Source of the DNA: an uncultured Chloroflexia bacterium
Lineage (GTDB): Bacteria; Chloroflexota; Limnocylindria; Limnocylindrales; CSP1-4
Direction of reading: 5' to 3'
Assembly (NCBI GenBank): GCA_963779905.1
Contig: CAWAAF010000010.1
Location: forward strand, 343,423-407,422
Length of the DNA: 64,000 nt
Positions 60,195-64,000 of this stretch are shown here, one piece after another (position 1 is the stretch's first letter; each line of letters opens with the position of its first letter). A program made the translations under genes and the position numbers. The notes beneath the pieces are model-generated. The model was not told the DNA's origin. It saw nothing but the letters and a program-made list of their open reading frames with translations, and searched no databases.

Positions 60195-62336
60195 CTACAG
60201 GCACACCGTCCCGGGCGGCGTACTTGTCGCGCTCACGCCGCCCGGCGCCGGTCGGCGAGCTGAGGGCATGTCGATCATGGCTCGCTCGGCGCCGTGCTCG
60301 GCGTAGATGCGTGCGGGCTGCATGCGGATCCACGCTCGTTCCACCTCGATCGAGCGCCAACCCTCAGGCAAGATGACCTTCCGGACGGGCCACGTATGCG
60401 GCTCGCCTGGTCCGACACGGATGCCCGGCAGCCCGAAGAGAAGTCCCATCAGGAAGCCGCCGATATTGGCGAAGAACGGCCCGGCCTTCGGCGTATCGGG
60501 AAACATCGTGGGCGACTGCTCCAGCGTCTGCATGAAGCGATCCGCGACCAGCTTCGCGTAGCCATCGTCGAGCAACCGCGCCGACAGGGCTCGATCGCCC
60601 GTCCATGCCGCCCACGTACCGTACAGCGGCGAAAGCATCGCGCTGCCGACGTACTTGGGCGCCAGGCGGAGGTAGTAGTCGAGTGTTGCTCGGGTAGTCC
60701 GCTCGTCCAACTCGTACCACATTGGAAACAGCGCAGCCAGCGGTCCGGGCGTGGCGCCCTTCTCCTCGGTGGGGCGATAGTCGCGGTGGCTCATGATCGC
60801 GCCGGTACGACTGTGGACCGGCAGGGTCAGGCCCGCGAGAACCTCCCGCCAGGCCGGCTGAACGAATTCCCCAAGCGCCTCAGCGCAGGCGATCGCCTCA
60901 GTCAAGACGCGCCGCGCACCCATCACCGTGAAGGCGTCGTCGACGCTCCATCGAACCCGCTCGGCGATGCCCATCGACTGGCGGAACTCGAAGCCGCGAC
61001 CGTTGCGCGCCACACGGCTGGCAATCCAGTCGGCGACGCCGTAGAGAATGCGCGCGGTGGCCTGCGACAGAAAGCGCTCATCGCCGGTGGCGTGGGCGAA
61101 CAAGGCGAAGGCCCAGGCGACATCGGGCGAGACGTGGTCCTCGTACCACGACGCCTTGCCGCTGCCGGGGGCAGCCTCTTCGCCCAGCAGAGGCCCGCTC
61201 TCCCACGGGAACTGGATGCCGCGACGGCCCTTCAACTTGGCGTTCTCGCGCGCCGAGTCGAGCACGGTCAGCCGGTATTCCAGCAGGCTCCGCGCCGCGT
61301 CGGGCTGAAGCAGCATGAGCGCCGGGACGTCGAAGAACTCTATGTCCCACATGACGTGGCCGTAGTAGTAGTGGTAGTCGCTCCACTGGGCGAGCCCAAA
61401 GATGGACGTGCTGGCAGGCGCGGACACGTGCACCGACGAATTCAGGTAGTAGAACGCGGCGTCGGCCAAGCGTTGCCAGCGGTCGTCGTCCGCAGTAATT
61501 AGGACGCGTCCCCGCCACAATTCCTGCCACTCGAGCCGGTTCTCTTCGCGCAAAGCATCGAAGCCGTCCGCTGCCGCCTTGCCGACGAGCCGGATGGCTT
61601 CACGGTCCGGATCGCTGTGGAGCTTGGATGGCACGAGGCTGGTGATCGCCCGAAGCCTGTACGAGCGTTCGGGTCGCGCGCGAAGACGTACCTCGGTGGC
61701 GATATCGCTCTCGAGGCCCCAATCGACGGGCCTGGCCTCGGCGCTCGAGTCCCCCAGGAACTCCGTCGCGAGGGCGGCCCCAACCGTCGCTTCGCCCCCC
61801 AGGGATTCCCAGGCCAGGGCGCCGTCGATGCCATCTTCGCGCGCGTCGGCCGGATCAACGGTCCGCTGGATCATTCGGCCGTGAATGCGGCCGGTATGAA
61901 CGATCGCGCGGAGTACCAGATCGCACGTCCGATTAACCCTTACCGCTACCTCCTGCACAACGATGGTTGGCTGCTTGCGACTGCAGAAGGTGAGGACCTC
62001 GACGCGTGCCTCGACGCCATCCGCGGTGAAGGTAAAGAGGGTGGTCAGCTCGCCATTCGAAAAGTCGTATGACTGCTCGACGAAGGCGGCCTGTTGCGGG
62101 GAGCTGGTGAGCCAAACGTTGTCCAGGCCAATGTCGCCGGCGAGCGGATACGGTGCTGGTGCAGCGGCCTCGATTTGCGCCTGCGGGTGCAGCCCCGTAT
62201 AGCCGTTGACCATCGCGATCCCGGGTAGTAGCGGGACGTCCAGCACGCGCAGCCCGATCAGACCATTCGAAACGTAAGCGGGAAGGTCACCGCGGCCGCC
62301 GCTGGTGACAGGCGGCGGGCTGATTGGATTCGACAC
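60195..62336 (-). CDS. glycoside hydrolase family 65 protein (maltose/trehalose/kojibiose-phosphorylase-like), intact 713 aa
   Basis: 'YYYGHVMWDIEFFDVPALMLLQPDAARSLLEYRLTVLDSARENAKLKGRRGIQFPWESG' matches the conserved GH65 central (alpha/alpha)6 catalytic block, recalled from maltose phosphorylases. Confidence 0.75.
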   Translation of the reverse strand: MSNPISPPPVTSGGRGDLPAYVSNGLIGLRVLDVPLLPGIAMVNGYTGLHPQAQIEAAAPAPYPLAGDIGLDNVWLTSSPQQAAFVEQSYDFSNGELTTLFTFTADGVEARVEVLTFCSRKQPTIVVQEVAVRVNRTCDLVLRAIVHTGRIHGRMIQRTVDPADAREDGIDGALAWESLGGEATVGAALATEFLGDSSAEARPVDWGLESDIATEVRLRARPERSYRLRAITSLVPSKLHSDPDREAIRLVGKAAADGFDALREENRLEWQELWRGRVLITADDDRWQRLADAAFYYLNSSVHVSAPASTSIFGLAQWSDYHYYYGHVMWDIEFFDVPALMLLQPDAARSLLEYRLTVLDSARENAKLKGRRGIQFPWESGPLLGEEAAPGSGKASWYEDHVSPDVAWAFALFAHATGDERFLSQATARILYGVADWIASRVARNGRGFEFRQSMGIAERVRWSVDDAFTVMGARRVLTEAIACAEALGEFVQPAWREVLAGLTLPVHSRTGAIMSHRDYRPTEEKGATPGPLAALFPMWYELDERTTRATLDYYLRLAPKYVGSAMLSPLYGTWAAWTGDRALSARLLDDGYAKLVADRFMQTLEQSPTMFPDTPKAGPFFANIGGFLMGLLFGLPGIRVGPGEPHTWPVRKVILPEGWRSIEVERAWIRMQPARIYAEHGAERAMIDMPSARRPAPGGVSATSTPPGTVCL

Positions 62337-62420
62337 ACAACGACGATTGGTTCGAACGCCTGAAACGGGCTAGCGACGACCCCAGCACGATGTGCCGTTC
62401 TTCTCGCAATCAGCACGGTG

Positions 62421-64000
62421 TCAGACGGGCACGGCCTCAGCCCCCAGCCAATCCTGGAGTGGTCGCACGTCGTCTGTCTGCCTGAGAACGCCGGGCTCCA
62501 GGGTTGCGGCTGCAGCCAGCGCCGTGTCGATCGAGGTCAGGCACAGAATGCCGTCGGCCAGCGCGGCGCGCCGGATCTGGCCGGCGTCGGCGACAGCCGC
62601 GGACTCGGGCGAGGGCGTGTTGACGACCAGCGAGACGTCGCCTGAGGCGATCGCGTCGAGCACGGAACGGCGGCCAGTGCCGTGGCCCTCCTCCCCTACG
62701 CGCGTCAGCGTTTCGACGCGCGTGACCCAACATCGCCAGCGCCCGTGCCGTGCCGGCGGTTGCGCAGAAGCGGTAGCCGGCGGTTGCGAGCGACGCCGCC
62801 AGTTCAGCCAGCTCACTTTTGTCGGCATCCGCCAGCGACAGCAGCGCAAGCGGCGCGGCACTGCCGGCGCGGCGGGCCGGCGTCAGCCCAGCCGCCAGGA
62901 GCGCCTTGGCCATGGCGACGCGGCCGTCGGTGTGAAGGCCAATGACCTCCCCCGTCGACTGCATCGCCGGGCCCAGCAGTGGGTCCACGCCACGCAGTTT
63001 CTGGGTCGAAAAGACCGGCGCCTTGACCGCGACCAAAGGCCGCGACGGCACGACACCGTCCGCCCATCCCATGTCCGCCAGCCGCTCGCCCAGCGCGACC
63101 CGCGTCGCCAGCTCGACCATCGGCACGCCGGTCACCTTCGAGATGAAGGGCACGGTGCGCGATGCGCGCGGGTTGATCTCGAGCAGGAAGACGCCGTCGT
63201 CGCGCACGATGAATTGGCCGTTGATCAGGCCGCGCACGCCCACCGCCCGGGCAAATCGTGAGAACGACTCGACGATCAAATCCTGGTCGATCTCGGCTCA
63301 ATCGCTGCGGTGGATACACGCCGATTGAGTCGCCCGAATGAACGCCGGCCCGCTCGACGTGCTCGATGAGCCCGGGAATGAGCACGGTTTCGCCGTCGGT
63401 GACGGCGTCGACGTCAACTTCGATGCCGCTCATGTAGGCATCCAGCCGGACCGGGTGCTCCTGATCGACGGCGATGGCGCGTTCGACCAGCGCGGCGAGA
63501 TCCGTTGGGCCATAGGCGAAGGCGACGGCCAGGCCACCGATCACGTACGACGGCCTGACGATGACCGGGTAGCCGATGCGCTCGGCCACGACCAGCGCTT
63601 CGTCGGCCGAGGTGGCCATGCCGCCTTCCGGCTGCGGGATGCCCAACCGCTCGACCAGGCCGGCAAAGCGCGTCCGTTCCTCCGTCTGGTCGATTGCCGC
63701 AATGTCCAGGCCGCGCAGGCGGATGCCGTCAGCGGCTAGAGCCGGCGCCAGGCCAAGTGGCGTCTGGCCACCGAACTGGACGAAGGCATCCGGCCGGCCG
63801 GCAGTCGGTTCGCGCTCCACCGACAGGACCTCGAGCACGCTTTCGGGATCGAGTGACTCGAAGTAGAGCCGGGAGGAGGCGTCGAAGTCCGTCGATACGG
63901 TTTCCGGGTTCGAATTGATCATGATTGCCTGCCAGCCGAGGCGACGCAGGGCGTCGGCGGCCTGCACGGCGCAGTAGTCGAACTCGATGCCCTGGCCGAT
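62421..64000 (-). CDS. carB: carbamoyl-phosphate synthase large subunit CarB, 3' about two-thirds (second ATP-grasp half + MGS-like domain); 5' end beyond window; 2 or more frameshifts
   Basis: The frame is open to the window edge ('IGQGIEFDYC...AIMINSNPETVSTDFDASSRLYFE...'). '...IGYPVIVRPSYVIGGLAVAF', '...LLEINPRASRTVPFISKVTGVPMVELA', 'LSLADADKSELAELAASLATAGYRFCATAGTA' (MGS), and C-terminal 'VVNTPSPESAAVADAGQIRRAALADGILCLTS' in another frame. Confidence 0.85.

Noticed and set aside
60294-63261. Long plus-strand ORFs (402 aa, 289 aa, 128 aa and others) opposite GH65 and carB
   Set aside because: Antisense shadow ORFs with Arg/Ala/Pro-rich low-complexity translations. The opposite strand carries strongly conserved GH65 and CarB sequence.

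Overview
This is a 64 kb chromosomal segment of a high-GC (about 70%) bacterium whose gene content looks actinobacterial. Markers for that: an Lhr helicase, an F420/deazaflavin Ddn-like nitroreductase, a DUF2029-like membrane protein, ArsR+SRPBCC and MarR pairs, NarL-type two-component systems, likely leaderless starts, and frequent ATGA/GTGA start-stop overlaps.

I recognise about 50 genes. These are: the 3' end of a STAND-ATPase/TPR regulator; two MBL-fold hydrolases; a Ddn-like nitroreductase; a GNAT acetyltransferase; a secreted BNR (Asp-box) protein; a decayed SAM-methyltransferase; metH; a lipoprotein; ArsR+SRPBCC; ggt; a probable operon of small protein / double-Zn-ribbon membrane protein / Pro-rich membrane protein / S53 lipoprotein peptidase; marR-M20 peptidase; a quinone oxidoreductase; a cyanophycin locus; a DUF2029 membrane protein; a NarL RR divergent from small membrane protein + PD40 beta-propeller membrane protein + sensor HK; nei; lhr; a large S8 subtilase; an alpha/beta hydrolase; an HDAC/AcuC; two M16 peptidases; an ArsR-type regulator; two paralogous MFS transporters flanking a P-loop kinase; a DosS-like GAF-GAF-PAS HK + NarL RR; GH13 and GH65 glycosidases; and the 3' two-thirds of carB. 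No rRNA, tRNA, CRISPR or IS/transposase was recognised.

Two things stand out.

1. The cyanophycin locus. It holds cphB-cphA plus a second, divergently placed CphA-like gene that has the CphA N-domain fused directly to the Mur-ligase domain with no ATP-grasp domain. A SulP/STAS transporter and an Ala-rich basic-tailed protein sit between them.

2. Frame disruptions. I count about 70 or more single-nucleotide frame disruptions inside otherwise well-conserved genes, including metH, carB, lhr and cphA. They are unevenly distributed: several genes over 1.3 kb are perfectly intact. Most likely these are uncorrected indel errors in the assembly; less likely they reflect genuine genome decay.

All coordinates for frameshifted genes are reconstructions from protein similarity across frames and are approximate.
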